A program made the translations under genes and the position numbers. Of a DNA stretch of 64,000 nucleotides, positions 36,049 through 45,661 are shown one piece after another. This DNA is from Planctomycetota bacterium. GTDB taxonomy: Bacteria > Planctomycetota > UBA1135 > UBA2386. The notes beneath the pieces are model-generated. The model was not told the origin of the DNA and searched no databases. It saw only the letters and a program-made list of their open reading frames with translations. The DNA lies in assembly GCA_965228735.1 (NCBI GenBank), contig OZ245838.1, positions 4,192,001-4,256,000 of the forward strand. The letters are read 5' to 3'. The first letter of the stretch is position 1. Each line of letters starts with the position of its first letter.

Positions 36049-38187
36049 TCAGAAGGTGAACACCATGCCGATGCCATAACCATGGTCGTTGTGATACGAC
36101 GTCGACAGGCCGAAGTTCTGGCTGATCGTATAGTCGAACCCAAAGATCCACTCGAACTGCGTGTTGGTGTCGTACTCGACCGATGCTCCAACGCTCAGTC
36201 GATCCGTGAGTTGCAGCTCCTTGTCGAACGTCAGCCGGAAATCGCCGCGGCTGTCGACGCTGAGGTTGGACATCACGAGGTACGGCAGGCGGTACCGGAC
36301 GCCGGCAAACGCCCGACTCGTCGCGCCATCACCTTCGGCGTAGCGCCACCCGAGCTCGGTCGCGAAGTTCTGGTCGACGTAGCGTGACCAACCGACGTCG
36401 ACCTCGACGTTGTCTTCGTGGTCGCTCCCGTGCCCACCGCTGCCGTCGTCGTCGAAGGTCCACGGAAGACCGACATCCCACCGCGTGAACAGGTCATTCC
36501 GGCCCTTCATCAACATCGCGCGACCCATCGTCATGTGGTTCTGCACCGTCGCGTCGAAGAACAGGTAGGCCGGTTCGAGCAACTTGGGATCGATCGTCAC
36601 CTCGTAATCCTGGTCCTGCTCGTAACTGAAGACCCGCGCCATACCCGCATCCATGTGATAGAGCAGGTGACAGTGGAAGAACCAGTCCCCGCCCTCCTCG
36701 TCGGCGACCCACTCGATCGTACGCTTGCCCATCGGCGGCACGTCCACCGTGTGCTTGAGCGGAGCGCGCGCGCCCTCTCCGTTCAGCACCCGGAAGAAGT
36801 GCCCGTGCAGGTGTAGCGGATGGTGCATCATCGTGTCGTTGATGAGCTGAATTCGCAGCACCTCGCCGCGCCTGACACGAATCGTCGTGTTCTCGGCGAG
36901 CGTCTCGCCATCGAAGCCCCAGAGGTAGCGACGCATGTCGCCGGTGAGCCGCATCGTGAGCTCGCGAACCGGCTGGTCCGGGGCCGCGATCGTGGTGTCC
37001 CGAACGGCGCGCAGCAAGCCGTACGGCGCAACCGGGCGCTCCGCCGTCGCGGCCTCACGCGCACGCTTCGGCATCTGGCTGGCGAGGCCCGCCGCAAGCA
37101 TCTCGTCCATCACGTAGAGGTTGGCCCGCGGCGGATCCGTCGCCGCCAGCAGCGGCCCCTCGCCGAGCACCATCGACGCGTGTCCGCTGCCGTCCTGCGC
37201 CGTCGCCCGAACCTCGAGGGAGGCCGGCTCTGCGGGCATCGTGATGATCAAGTCGTACGTTTCGGCCATCCCGATCAGAAGCCGCCGGACCTCGACCGGC
37301 TCCACCCGATTGCCGTCACTGCCGACGATCGTCAGGTCGCCGTTGCCGGCCCCGAGGTAGAAGTAGGTAGATGCTCCGGCGTTGACCAATCGCAGCAACA
37401 CCCGCTCCCCTGGCCTGGCGTCGAGTTCGAGCCGGCGCTTGCCGTTGGCCAGGAACGCGTCGTAGCCGACGTCCGACAGGTCCATCGCGGGCATGCGATC
37501 GCCCTCGCGCGCAAAGTAGTCGGACACCGCGCCGCGACGCCAGGCACCGAGCAGCGACTGCTGCGTGCCCTTCTTGACCGAGTACCACTCGCTGCCACGC
37601 ATCAGCCACCGCATCACCGTCGTCGGGTCGTCGTTCGTCCAATCCGCGAGGACGACCACATGCTCCCGATCGAACGTGACATCGGGCTCCTTAGGCTCGA
37701 TGACGATGGCCCCCTGAACGCCGAGCTGTTCCTGCAGGCCGGTGTGCGAGTGATACCAATACGTCCCGGACTGCCGCAGCTGGAACTCGAACGTGTGCTC
37801 GCCGCCGGCTGGAATCGGCGGCGTCGTCAGGTACGGCACCCCGTCCATCTCGTTGGGGACGAGCAGACCGTGCCAGTGAATCGAGGTCTCCTCGGCCGGC
37901 AGCCGGTTCTTGACGGTGATACGAGCCAGATCGCCTTCGCGGAATCGCAGGACCGGCCCCGGAGATGTCCCGTTGACGGTCAAAACGGTCGCGGGCTCAC
38001 CCGCGGGCGCGCCAGCCGTTTCGCCGATGACCAGTTCGTATGCCACGACGCCGCCGCCACGCACATCGTCCGGTACCGAGCCCTGCGCCCGAACCGTGGC
38101 GGCGATCAGCCCGTACGGCGCAACCACCAGCGCCAGCCCAAGCCAACCGTGAACACCGACCTTCCGTTTTTCTGGGCGAGAGTGCAA
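36049..38187 (-). CDS. CopA-type multicopper oxidase with C-terminal beta-barrel-like domain
   Basis: HWHG, YWYHSH, HPLHLHGH, WFFHCHLLYHMDAGM; amphipathic beta tail ending GMVFTF. Start uncertain. Confidence 0.92.
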   Translation of the reverse strand: MHSRPEKRKVGVHGWLGLALVVAPYGLIAATVRAQGSVPDDVRGGGVVAYELVIGETAGAPAGEPATVLTVNGTSPGPVLRFREGDLARITVKNRLPAEETSIHWHGLLVPNEMDGVPYLTTPPIPAGGEHTFEFQLRQSGTYWYHSHTGLQEQLGVQGAIVIEPKEPDVTFDREHVVVLADWTNDDPTTVMRWLMRGSEWYSVKKGTQQSLLGAWRRGAVSDYFAREGDRMPAMDLSDVGYDAFLANGKRRLELDARPGERVLLRLVNAGASTYFYLGAGNGDLTIVGSDGNRVEPVEVRRLLIGMAETYDLIITMPAEPASLEVRATAQDGSGHASMVLGEGPLLAATDPPRANLYVMDEMLAAGLASQMPKRAREAATAERPVAPYGLLRAVRDTTIAAPDQPVRELTMRLTGDMRRYLWGFDGETLAENTTIRVRRGEVLRIQLINDTMMHHPLHLHGHFFRVLNGEGARAPLKHTVDVPPMGKRTIEWVADEEGGDWFFHCHLLYHMDAGMARVFSYEQDQDYEVTIDPKLLEPAYLFFDATVQNHMTMGRAMLMKGRNDLFTRWDVGLPWTFDDDGSGGHGSDHEDNVEVDVGWSRYVDQNFATELGWRYAEGDGATSRAFAGVRYRLPYLVMSNLSVDSRGDFRLTFDKELQLTDRLSVGASVEYDTNTQFEWIFGFDYTISQNFGLSTSYHNDHGYGIGMVFTF

Positions 38188-39471
38188 CTAGGTACCGACT
38201 TCGACCTCGTCCCGTTCCGCGGGCTCACCCGCCGGTCGCCACTCGCGCCCGGTGATCAACCGCGCGCCGCGGGAGAACGCGAAGTACTGGAACGCCCAGC
38301 CGAGCATCACGCTGATGCGGTTGCGGAACCCGACGAGGTAGGCGATGTGGATCACCCACCAGAACCACCACGCGAAGAACCCACTCAGCTCGAGCTTGCC
38401 GACCTGACCGATCGCACGCCCGCGGCCGATCGTCGCGAGCGAGCCCTTGTCGAAGTAGCGGAACGGCTCGGTCGTTCGCCCGGCGATGCGAAGTTCGATG
38501 TTGCGCGCGGCTGCCCGGCCCGCCTGGATGGCTGCGGGCGCGACGCCCGGCACGACGTCGCCGTCCTGTTCGAGGTGCATGAGATCGCCGGCAACGAACA
38601 CCTCGGGGCGGTCCGGCACACTGAGATCGTCTTGCACGCGAACGCGCCCCGCCCGATCCAAGGGCACCCCGAGCATCTCACCGAGCGGTGACGCCTGCAC
38701 TCCGGCCGCCCACAAGACCGTGCGCGCCGGGATCTGCTCGTTGCCGATCTGCACCCCGCCGCCGTCGATCGCCGTCACCTGCTCACCGAGCCGCACCTCG
38801 ACACCGAGCTCCTCGAGCTGGGTCTTCGCGGCCGCCGACAGCTTCTCCGTGTAGACCGGCAGCACGCGATCCGAGCCCTCGGCGAGGACGACGCGCAGCT
38901 TGCGCGGGTCGAACGTGCGGAAGTCGCGCGCGACCGTCAGTCGGCCGATCTCGGACAACGCACCCGCGAGTTCGACACCCGTGGGCCCGGCGCCGACGAC
39001 GACGAATGTCAGTTGGGCGCGCAGCTGTACCGGGTCGGTTTCGCGCTCCGCCGCCTCGAACGCCAGCAAGACGCGCCGGCGAATCTCGAGCGCATCCTCG
39101 ACGGTCTTGAGTCCGGGCGCCCAGCGCTCCCAGTCGTCGTGACCGAAGTAGCTGTGGCCCGCGCCGGCCGCGACGAGCAGGTAGTCGTAGTCCACCGCGC
39201 CGTCACGCAGCTGCACGCGACGCTCCGTCGTATCGATGCCGACGACCTCACCGAGCAGGGTGCGCGCGTTCTTCTGCTTTCGCAGCACCGACCGGATCGG
39301 ATACGCGATGTCCCCGGGGTTGAGCGCTGCCGTCGCGACCTGATACAAGAGCGGCTGGAACAGGTGGTGGTTACGCCGGTCGATCATCGTGATCTCGACC
39401 TCTGCACGAGCCAGCGCGCGAGCGGCCGAGAGACCCGCGAACCCGCCACCGATGATCACGACGCGCTGCAC
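38188..39471 (-). CDS. ndh: Type II NADH dehydrogenase-like FAD oxidoreductase
   Basis: IIGGGFAG, HHLFQPLLYQVAT, GAGPTGVELAG, LWAAGV, DKGSLATIGR. GTG start at 39471 or 39480. Confidence 0.9.
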   Translation of the reverse strand: MQRVVIIGGGFAGLSAARALARAEVEITMIDRRNHHLFQPLLYQVATAALNPGDIAYPIRSVLRKQKNARTLLGEVVGIDTTERRVQLRDGAVDYDYLLVAAGAGHSYFGHDDWERWAPGLKTVEDALEIRRRVLLAFEAAERETDPVQLRAQLTFVVVGAGPTGVELAGALSEIGRLTVARDFRTFDPRKLRVVLAEGSDRVLPVYTEKLSAAAKTQLEELGVEVRLGEQVTAIDGGGVQIGNEQIPARTVLWAAGVQASPLGEMLGVPLDRAGRVRVQDDLSVPDRPEVFVAGDLMHLEQDGDVVPGVAPAAIQAGRAAARNIELRIAGRTTEPFRYFDKGSLATIGRGRAIGQVGKLELSGFFAWWFWWVIHIAYLVGFRNRISVMLGWAFQYFAFSRGARLITGREWRPAGEPAERDEVEVGT

Positions 39472-39481
39472 AGCGCCCACC

Positions 39482-40792
39482 TTAGGACGCGGAATCGACC
39501 GACCCCAGCGCCGTCTCCGCGGATCGTGCCGCGCCTTCGAGCGTCGCCGGCAAACCGGTCGCGGTCCAGTCGCCACAGACCAGGAGATTGGCCGGGCCAC
39601 CCGGCAGACGCCCCGGTCGCGGCCGGACCTCGTCGGCATTCGGTCCGGCGACGAAGGTCGCGGCGTTCTCGCGGCTGATGCGGACTTCGGCCGCCGCGTC
39701 CTTGTCGAACGCGGGATAGTGCCGCTGCAGCTGCGCACGTGCGAGCGCCGCGATCGCGTCGACCTTCATGCCGTCGAAGCTGCGGTCGCCGCCCGACAAC
39801 ATCGCGAACTCGGCCGGGTCCGCGCCCGGCGTCCGCAGCACGAAGTGGAACGGGCCGTCGCCGGTCAGCGCGACGACGAGGCCGTCGTCCGGCAGGGTCA
39901 CGTCGCCCGTCAGACGAACGTGCGCCGTCACGATCGGCGAACCGGACAGCCGCTGTGCCGGGAGTTCGGGCACGAGAGGACCGAGCTTGTGCCACGGCAT
40001 GGCCGCGACGACGAGGTCGGCCTCGCCGAGCTCCAGCCCTTCGCCGCTACCGAACGTGATCCGCGCGAGACGATCGGCCTCGCGCAGGAGCCCGATCACC
40101 CGCGCGCCGGTTCGCACGGTCACGCCGGCCCGTTCGAGTGCTGTGGGCGCGGGGTCGGAGAGGATCGCGCTCCACGGCGCCTTCGGCACCCACAGCGCGG
40201 CGTTGCCCGCGCTGCCCGAGAACGCTTCACGCAGCGTCGCGAGAAAGTCGCGCGCCGACGCGAGGTCCATCTCGACGTTCATGATCGCGCGGCACAGCGG
40301 TTCCCACAGCACGCGCGCCGGATCGCCGCGCTGACCGCGCCGCCGGATCCAGTCCGCGACCGTCCAGGACCGTGGCGCTCCGAACAGCGAGGTCGTCATC
40401 CCGAACAACGCGCGCAGCTTGGCGCCGAACGGCAGCCCGAGCCGCAGGAGCGCCCACGGCATCGCGAGCGGCACGAACAACCGCGGCAGCTCGAGCCGGA
40501 GCAACTCACCGCCGACGCGGCGGTAGGCCATCGTCAGGCGCCTGCCCTGATCGAACAGGTCCTCGGTTCCGAGCCGCCGCACGAGCGCACGCGTCGCGCG
40601 GTAACACCCGAGCATCACGTGCGGGCCGTTGTCGAGTCGCCGACCGCTGTGACGATCCACGAACGAGAACGCGCGCCCGCCGAGCCATTGCCGCGACTCG
40701 AGCAAGGTGACCCGAAAGCCGCGGTCCGCGAGGCCGAACGCCGCCGTCATGCCCGCGACCCCGCCGCCGAGCACGAACGCCCGCCGCGTCAC
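39482..40792 (-). CDS. hpnE: Hydroxysqualene dehydroxylase HpnE
   Basis: VLGGGVAG, LGGRAFSF, LDNGPHVMLGCY, CGDWTATGLPATLEGAARS; GTGA overlap with hpnD. Confidence 0.9.
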   Translation of the reverse strand: MTRRAFVLGGGVAGMTAAFGLADRGFRVTLLESRQWLGGRAFSFVDRHSGRRLDNGPHVMLGCYRATRALVRRLGTEDLFDQGRRLTMAYRRVGGELLRLELPRLFVPLAMPWALLRLGLPFGAKLRALFGMTTSLFGAPRSWTVADWIRRRGQRGDPARVLWEPLCRAIMNVEMDLASARDFLATLREAFSGSAGNAALWVPKAPWSAILSDPAPTALERAGVTVRTGARVIGLLREADRLARITFGSGEGLELGEADLVVAAMPWHKLGPLVPELPAQRLSGSPIVTAHVRLTGDVTLPDDGLVVALTGDGPFHFVLRTPGADPAEFAMLSGGDRSFDGMKVDAIAALARAQLQRHYPAFDKDAAAEVRISRENAATFVAGPNADEVRPRPGRLPGGPANLLVCGDWTATGLPATLEGAARSAETALGSVDSAS

Positions 40793-41679
40793 GCAGTCGC
40801 CCCCAGGAAGATGCGCAACGCACACCACAGTTTGACGATCTTCGGCACCCGCGTGCGCGGCTCGACGAGCGCGCCGCCCTGACGTTCGAGGCGATCGAGC
40901 AGGCTGCGATAGACCGCGCCCATGATGCGTGCCGGCACGAGCGCGCGCCGGCCACTGCGCGGCAACTGGAGCAACGCCGCTCGCGATTCGAGGAAATCGC
41001 TGCGCGCCGCCCGCGCGAGCCGCGCCCGCAGCTCGGCGACCGGGCCGCCGTCGCGATAGACCTCCGCCGGTCCCTCGCCACGCAACCACTCGACCTCGAC
41101 ACCGGCGTCGCGCAACCAGGTGCGCGGCGCGTAGACCCGCCCTTCGAGCGCATCGCCGCGCAGGTCACGCAGGATGTTGGTGAACTGCAGCGCCTGCCCG
41201 AGCGCGTTCGCGAACGACACGGCGGCGGCGCCGGTCGCACCGAGCACGGGCAGGCAGGCGCGCCCGACCGCCGACGCCACGCAATCGCAGTAGTGCCGCA
41301 GTTCGGCTTCGTCCTCGCAGCCTTGCGGCTCGAGGTCCATCGCGACGCCATCGAGCAACGCATCCAGCGCCGCGACGTCGGTACCGAAGCGCGCGATCGT
41401 CGCGCCGAGCGTCTGTCCGACCGGTGTCCTGGCGGTGCCAGCCGCCGCCGCATGCAGCTCTTCACGCCAGAAGGCGATGTGCTGCCGTCCCGTCTCGGCG
41501 TCGGGCGTGTCGTCCGCGGCGTCGTCCGCGACGCGGCAGAACGCGTAGATCGCCGTCATGCCCTCGCGTCGCGCGGCGTCGAGACAGACGAACGCCGTGC
41601 GGAAGTTGGACCCCGACCGCGCGAGCACTTCGTCGGCCGGGAGCGCGGCACCCGGCGGCATCGTCACGACCTCCGTCAT
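40789..41679 (-). CDS. hpnD: Presqualene diphosphate synthase HpnD
   Basis: SGSNF, IYAFCRVADDAAD, YCDCVASAVG, LQFTNILRDLRGD...GRVY. Confidence 0.9.
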   Translation of the reverse strand: MTEVVTMPPGAALPADEVLARSGSNFRTAFVCLDAARREGMTAIYAFCRVADDAADDTPDAETGRQHIAFWREELHAAAAGTARTPVGQTLGATIARFGTDVAALDALLDGVAMDLEPQGCEDEAELRHYCDCVASAVGRACLPVLGATGAAAVSFANALGQALQFTNILRDLRGDALEGRVYAPRTWLRDAGVEVEWLRGEGPAEVYRDGGPVAELRARLARAARSDFLESRAALLQLPRSGRRALVPARIMGAVYRSLLDRLERQGGALVEPRTRVPKIVKLWCALRIFLGATA

Positions 41680-42611
41680 CGGGCGTCGTTCCTCCGGCCG
41701 AACTCCGGAGCCCGTGCTGACAGCAACCCTCGCAGCACTGAGCCGAGCCGCTCGCGTTTCGACAGCCGAACGCGCCCACCGAGGACGTCACCGTCGACCG
41801 CACGGATGCGCCCGAGCACGGCCGACGCACCCGCGAGGATCGCGCGCAGCTCGAAGCGCAACCGGCCGCGCACCTGCCGGACGAGCGGCCAACCCGCCGC
41901 GAACATCGCGCCGATCGCATCCGCCTGCGCGTGCACGAACGCCCGCAACTCCGGCCCCGCCGCGGCGGCCCGGAGGTCGTCGATCGACGCACCGTGCGCC
42001 GCGAACTCCGTGAGCGGGAAGTAGACGCGGTCGCGATCGCGCAGGTCCTCGCCGAGGTCCTGCAGATGATTGAGCAGCTGCAGCCCCGTACAGATGCGAT
42101 CCGACAACGCGTCGAGCTCGGCATCGCGATGGCCGCAGACGCGCAGCACGAGTCGGCCGACCGGATCGGCGCTGCGGCGGCAGTAGTCCGCAAGGGCGGC
42201 TCGATCGTCGTAGCGGCTCACCGTGAGATCCTGCTCGAACGCGTCGAGCAGGTCGGTGAACAGCCCGCGCTCGAGCTCACACTCCCGAATCGTCGCGGCG
42301 AGATCGGCGAACAAGGGCGCCGCGGCATCAGGGTCGGCGAGCGCCGCCAGGAAATCGCGCCGGAACGCCGCGAGCGCCGCCGCGTCCTGATGCTCGTCCG
42401 CGAGGTCGTCGGCCGTGCGCGCGAACGCGTAGATCCGGTGCAGGTGCCGCCGCGCCCGCCGCGGCAACAACCAGCTGCCGACGGGGAAGTTCTCGTAGTG
42501 CTCGCCCGCGAGCCGCAGGTGCAGGTCCGCCCCGCTGCCGGAGCTCGGCGACGTTGTGGCCCCGGAACCGGGTTGCGAGGAGCTGCGTTCTGGAATGGCG
42601 GACGACGACAT
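41676..42611 (-). CDS. hpnC: Hydroxysqualene synthase HpnC
   Basis: HYENFPVGSWLLP, IYAFARTADDLADE, YCRRSADPVGRLVL, ICTGLQLLNHLQD. Confidence 0.92.
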   Translation of the reverse strand: MSSSAIPERSSSQPGSGATTSPSSGSGADLHLRLAGEHYENFPVGSWLLPRRARRHLHRIYAFARTADDLADEHQDAAALAAFRRDFLAALADPDAAAPLFADLAATIRECELERGLFTDLLDAFEQDLTVSRYDDRAALADYCRRSADPVGRLVLRVCGHRDAELDALSDRICTGLQLLNHLQDLGEDLRDRDRVYFPLTEFAAHGASIDDLRAAAAGPELRAFVHAQADAIGAMFAAGWPLVRQVRGRLRFELRAILAGASAVLGRIRAVDGDVLGGRVRLSKRERLGSVLRGLLSARAPEFGRRNDAR

Positions 42612-42733
42612 GCGGGTGGCTGACCCGTGAGGGTAACGCCCACGCCACGGGATTTCGGTGCCGCTCACGCACGAACTGATCGCGACTGCCCGCCGACCGC
42701 CCTCGTGATACTCTTCGAGGTCCCTTCCTGCCC

Positions 42734-43999
42734 GTGCCCCCTCCTGCCGCGAACATCCGAACGGTCGCCGCGCTGACTGCGATCAGCCTCGCCGCGGTCG
42801 GCTGCCACGACGGTGCCGCCGATGCCACGGGCCCGGTGGCGCCGCAGCCGACACCGACGGCGCTCGGTGACCCGCTGCCCGGCCTCACGAGCGCGGAACT
42901 CGCGGCGTTCGAGCGCGGCCGCGCGTTGTTCACGAAGCGCTTCGCCCCGAGCGAGGGGCTCGGCCCGCTCTACAACGCGACATCCTGCGCGTCGTGCCAC
43001 AGCACCCCGGCGATCGGCGGGAGCGCCGGCCTCTACCGCAACTTCTACGTGGCGGTCTACGACCTCGGTTTCGGCTTCCAGTCCAACCTCGCCGGCCTGC
43101 CGAGCCCGGTCGTGCCGGCCTTCGGCGCGCCCGGCACCGCGCATCGCCTCGACGCGCCGCGGGTGTCGATGGGCAGCACGACGTTCGCGGTCGTGGCCGG
43201 GCAACGCAACTCGGTCCCGATCTTCGGCACCGGCCTGTTCGAGTTCGTCGGCAACGACACGATCCTGGCCAACGCCGACCCCGAGGATCTCGACGGCGAC
43301 GGGATCAGCGGTCGGACCAACGGCGACGGCGTCGGGCTCGGTCGCTTCGGCCGCAAGGCGCAATCGAACAACGTCGAGTTCTTCACGCGCGCGCCGCTGA
43401 TGAACCAGATGGGCATCACGAGCGATCCGTTCCGCGGCGCGGCGGGCACGGTCGCGCTCGCGCCGGGCACAGCTGTGTCGCAGGGCACGGGCACCCCCAA
43501 CGCGCGCACGACCGATGCCGATCCCGTGCCCGATCCCGAGATCGCGCCGAGCGACCTCGGCGACCTCATCGCGTTCACCCGCTTCCTCGCGCCACCGGCC
43601 CCGTTGCCGTTCAATGCCGCGGCGACCCGCGGCGAAGTGACGTTCCGGGCCATCGGCTGCGCCAGGTGTCACGTGCCGATGCTGCCGTCATCGCGCGGTC
43701 CGGTGCGCGCCTATACCGACCTGCTCATCCACGACATGGGAGCGGAGCTCGCGGAGGGCATCGACTTCGGCACCCCGCAGAGCTCGCCGTCGAGCCCGGC
43801 CGGCAACGGGTCGGAGTGGCGCACGCAGCCGCTCTGGGGCGTCTCGCGGTTTCCGCCCTACCTGCATGACGGTCGCGCCGCGACGCTCGACGAAGCGATC
43901 CGCATGCACGGCGGCGAGGCGGTGACGATCCGCAACGCCTACGTCGTGATGCCGGCCGGACAACGCGAGGACCTGCTCGAGTTCTTGAGGCACCTGTGA
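42734..43999 (+). CDS. Di-heme oxidoreductase (DHOR)-family lipoprotein
   Basis: Lipobox AAVGC; GLGPLYNATSCASCH, GRFGRKA, GCARCH, YTDLLIHDMG, WRTQPLWG, YLHDGRA. Confidence 0.9.
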   Translation: MPPPAANIRTVAALTAISLAAVGCHDGAADATGPVAPQPTPTALGDPLPGLTSAELAAFERGRALFTKRFAPSEGLGPLYNATSCASCHSTPAIGGSAGLYRNFYVAVYDLGFGFQSNLAGLPSPVVPAFGAPGTAHRLDAPRVSMGSTTFAVVAGQRNSVPIFGTGLFEFVGNDTILANADPEDLDGDGISGRTNGDGVGLGRFGRKAQSNNVEFFTRAPLMNQMGITSDPFRGAAGTVALAPGTAVSQGTGTPNARTTDADPVPDPEIAPSDLGDLIAFTRFLAPPAPLPFNAAATRGEVTFRAIGCARCHVPMLPSSRGPVRAYTDLLIHDMGAELAEGIDFGTPQSSPSSPAGNGSEWRTQPLWGVSRFPPYLHDGRAATLDEAIRMHGGEAVTIRNAYVVMPAGQREDLLEFLRHL

Positions 44000-45042
44000 C
44001 CCGGGCCATCGGTCGGAGCGTGACGATCGCCGCCTTCGGCATCGTGACTGCCTGCGGGAACGAACCGGACACGTCGCCTTCGCCGACACCGACCGCGAGA
44101 ACGACGCCGGCCGCGTTCACGGTGCGCGGACGCTGGCCGCAGGAGAACGCGAACCCACGGCCCACGCTCCGCTATCGCGTCGAGAATCGCGGACTGCCGT
44201 TCGACGAAGCCGCGGTGAACGCGGCGATCGGTCGCGCCGCGGACCGCTGGAACACGACCGGGTTGGTCACGTTCGCCGCGACCACGGCGAAGGACGCCGA
44301 TCTCCTCATCAGCTGGCACACCGGCCACCACGGGGCATGCCAGCCGTTCGGCGTCGGCTCGGACGTCGCCCACAGCGGCCCGGTCGCGCCGGGAACGTTC
44401 ATCCACTTCGACGGCGACCGTGACTGGACGGCCGAGTCGGTGTTCGCCACCGCGCTGCACGAGCTCGGCCACGTGCTCGGACTCGGTCACAGCGCCGCGG
44501 ACGACGCGGTCATGAGCACGGCAGCGGATCGACCGACCGAGCTGTCGCCGCACGACCTCGCCGGGCTGGCCTCGCTGTACGGCCCGAACGAGCACGCGAG
44601 CGCCGCGGCCGGGGACCTCGTGATCGACGGCGGACCCGTGCTGCGCGGAATCGCGCCGGCCGCGACGTGCGACTTCGCGGCCCTCGACGCGGACGGCGAC
44701 GGCGCGGACGACCTGCTCGTCTGGCGCACCGACGCGGCGGGTCACGGTGCGTTGACGATATACCGGTTCGACTCCGGGCTCCGCCTCGCCGGCACCCGCG
44801 GACCGTTTCTCGGCGTGATCGCGACCGGCAGCACGGTGCGGCTCGCCGTCGGCCCGACGGGCGCGCGCTACCTCGCGAGCATCGTCGGTGACCGCGAGTT
44901 GCTGCGGGAGTTCGACCGACACGGCATTCCCGGCACCCCGCGCACACCGCCGCCGCCCGGCCTGTTACAGGCCGGCGAGCCGGTGGCGACCGGGGACTTC
45001 AACGGCGACGGCGCGGCCGAGCTCGTGCGACGACCGCACTGA
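43996..45042 (+). CDS. Matrixin (M10)-family metalloprotease lipoprotein with FG-GAP-like motifs
   Basis: HFDGDRDW, HELGHVLGLGHS, Met-turn DAVM; DADGDGADD and GDFNGDG. Confidence 0.88.
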   Translation: MTRAIGRSVTIAAFGIVTACGNEPDTSPSPTPTARTTPAAFTVRGRWPQENANPRPTLRYRVENRGLPFDEAAVNAAIGRAADRWNTTGLVTFAATTAKDADLLISWHTGHHGACQPFGVGSDVAHSGPVAPGTFIHFDGDRDWTAESVFATALHELGHVLGLGHSAADDAVMSTAADRPTELSPHDLAGLASLYGPNEHASAAAGDLVIDGGPVLRGIAPAATCDFAALDADGDGADDLLVWRTDAAGHGALTIYRFDSGLRLAGTRGPFLGVIATGSTVRLAVGPTGARYLASIVGDRELLREFDRHGIPGTPRTPPPPGLLQAGEPVATGDFNGDGAAELVRRPH

Positions 45043-45172
45043 GCACGCGATCACACGCAAGCTGCGGCGCGAATCGGAGTCGAGCTGTAACCGACGCGCG
45101 ACTCCGGAGCACTGATCCTGTGAGCACCCCGCCAGTGGGGTCGAAACCCGCAGTATGCGAAAGGAGCCAGTG

Positions 45173-45658
45173 ATGGAGATCGACTTCGATTCGACGGACG
45201 GGGTCACCGACTACGTGACGGTGCCGCCCGGGACCTATCTGTGCCGCGTGGCCGAGGTCCGGGCCGGCACGACGCGCGGCGGCGACGACCGCTGGTCGCT
45301 GCGCCTCGTGGTGGCCGAGGGCCAGCACGTCGGCAAGCAGGCCGCATGGGACAATCTCGTGTTCAGTGCGCGCGGTCGGATGCGCGCTCGGCTCGTGATG
45401 CAGGCCCTCGGGTTGCCGGCGCGCGGCAAGGTCCAGATCGATCCCCAGGACCTCGATGGGCGGTCCGCGTTCGTCGAGATCCGACCCGCGGAATACCAGG
45501 ACTCGGCCGGCCACCTGATCCGGCGCAACGAGGTGCCGTACGACGGCTATCGCCGGGCCGACGGGAGCCAGGACCGGGCCTCGGCTGACGCGGGCGAGGA
45601 CCGCACCGACCCCGTGCCGGGCGAAGCCACACCCGACATGCGCGAGATCCCGTTCTGA
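45173..45658 (+). CDS. DUF669-family protein (phage-type SSB-like)
   Basis: AAGGAG RBS; DY..VPPGTYLCRV...EGQHVGKQAAWDNL...DLDGR...RNEV; acidic tail ending DMREIPF. Confidence 0.8.
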   Translation: MEIDFDSTDGVTDYVTVPPGTYLCRVAEVRAGTTRGGDDRWSLRLVVAEGQHVGKQAAWDNLVFSARGRMRARLVMQALGLPARGKVQIDPQDLDGRSAFVEIRPAEYQDSAGHLIRRNEVPYDGYRRADGSQDRASADAGEDRTDPVPGEATPDMREIPF

Positions 45659-45661
45659 CCA

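Noticed and set aside
40789..42611. Phytoene synthase (crtB) duplication
   Set aside because: The HYENFPV motif and the order with an HpnE-type flavoprotein identify hpnC and hpnD
45043..45172. Riboswitch or ncRNA upstream of DUF669 (stem ACCCC-gccagt-GGGGT)
   Set aside because: Only a short hairpin; no recognisable aptamer consensus
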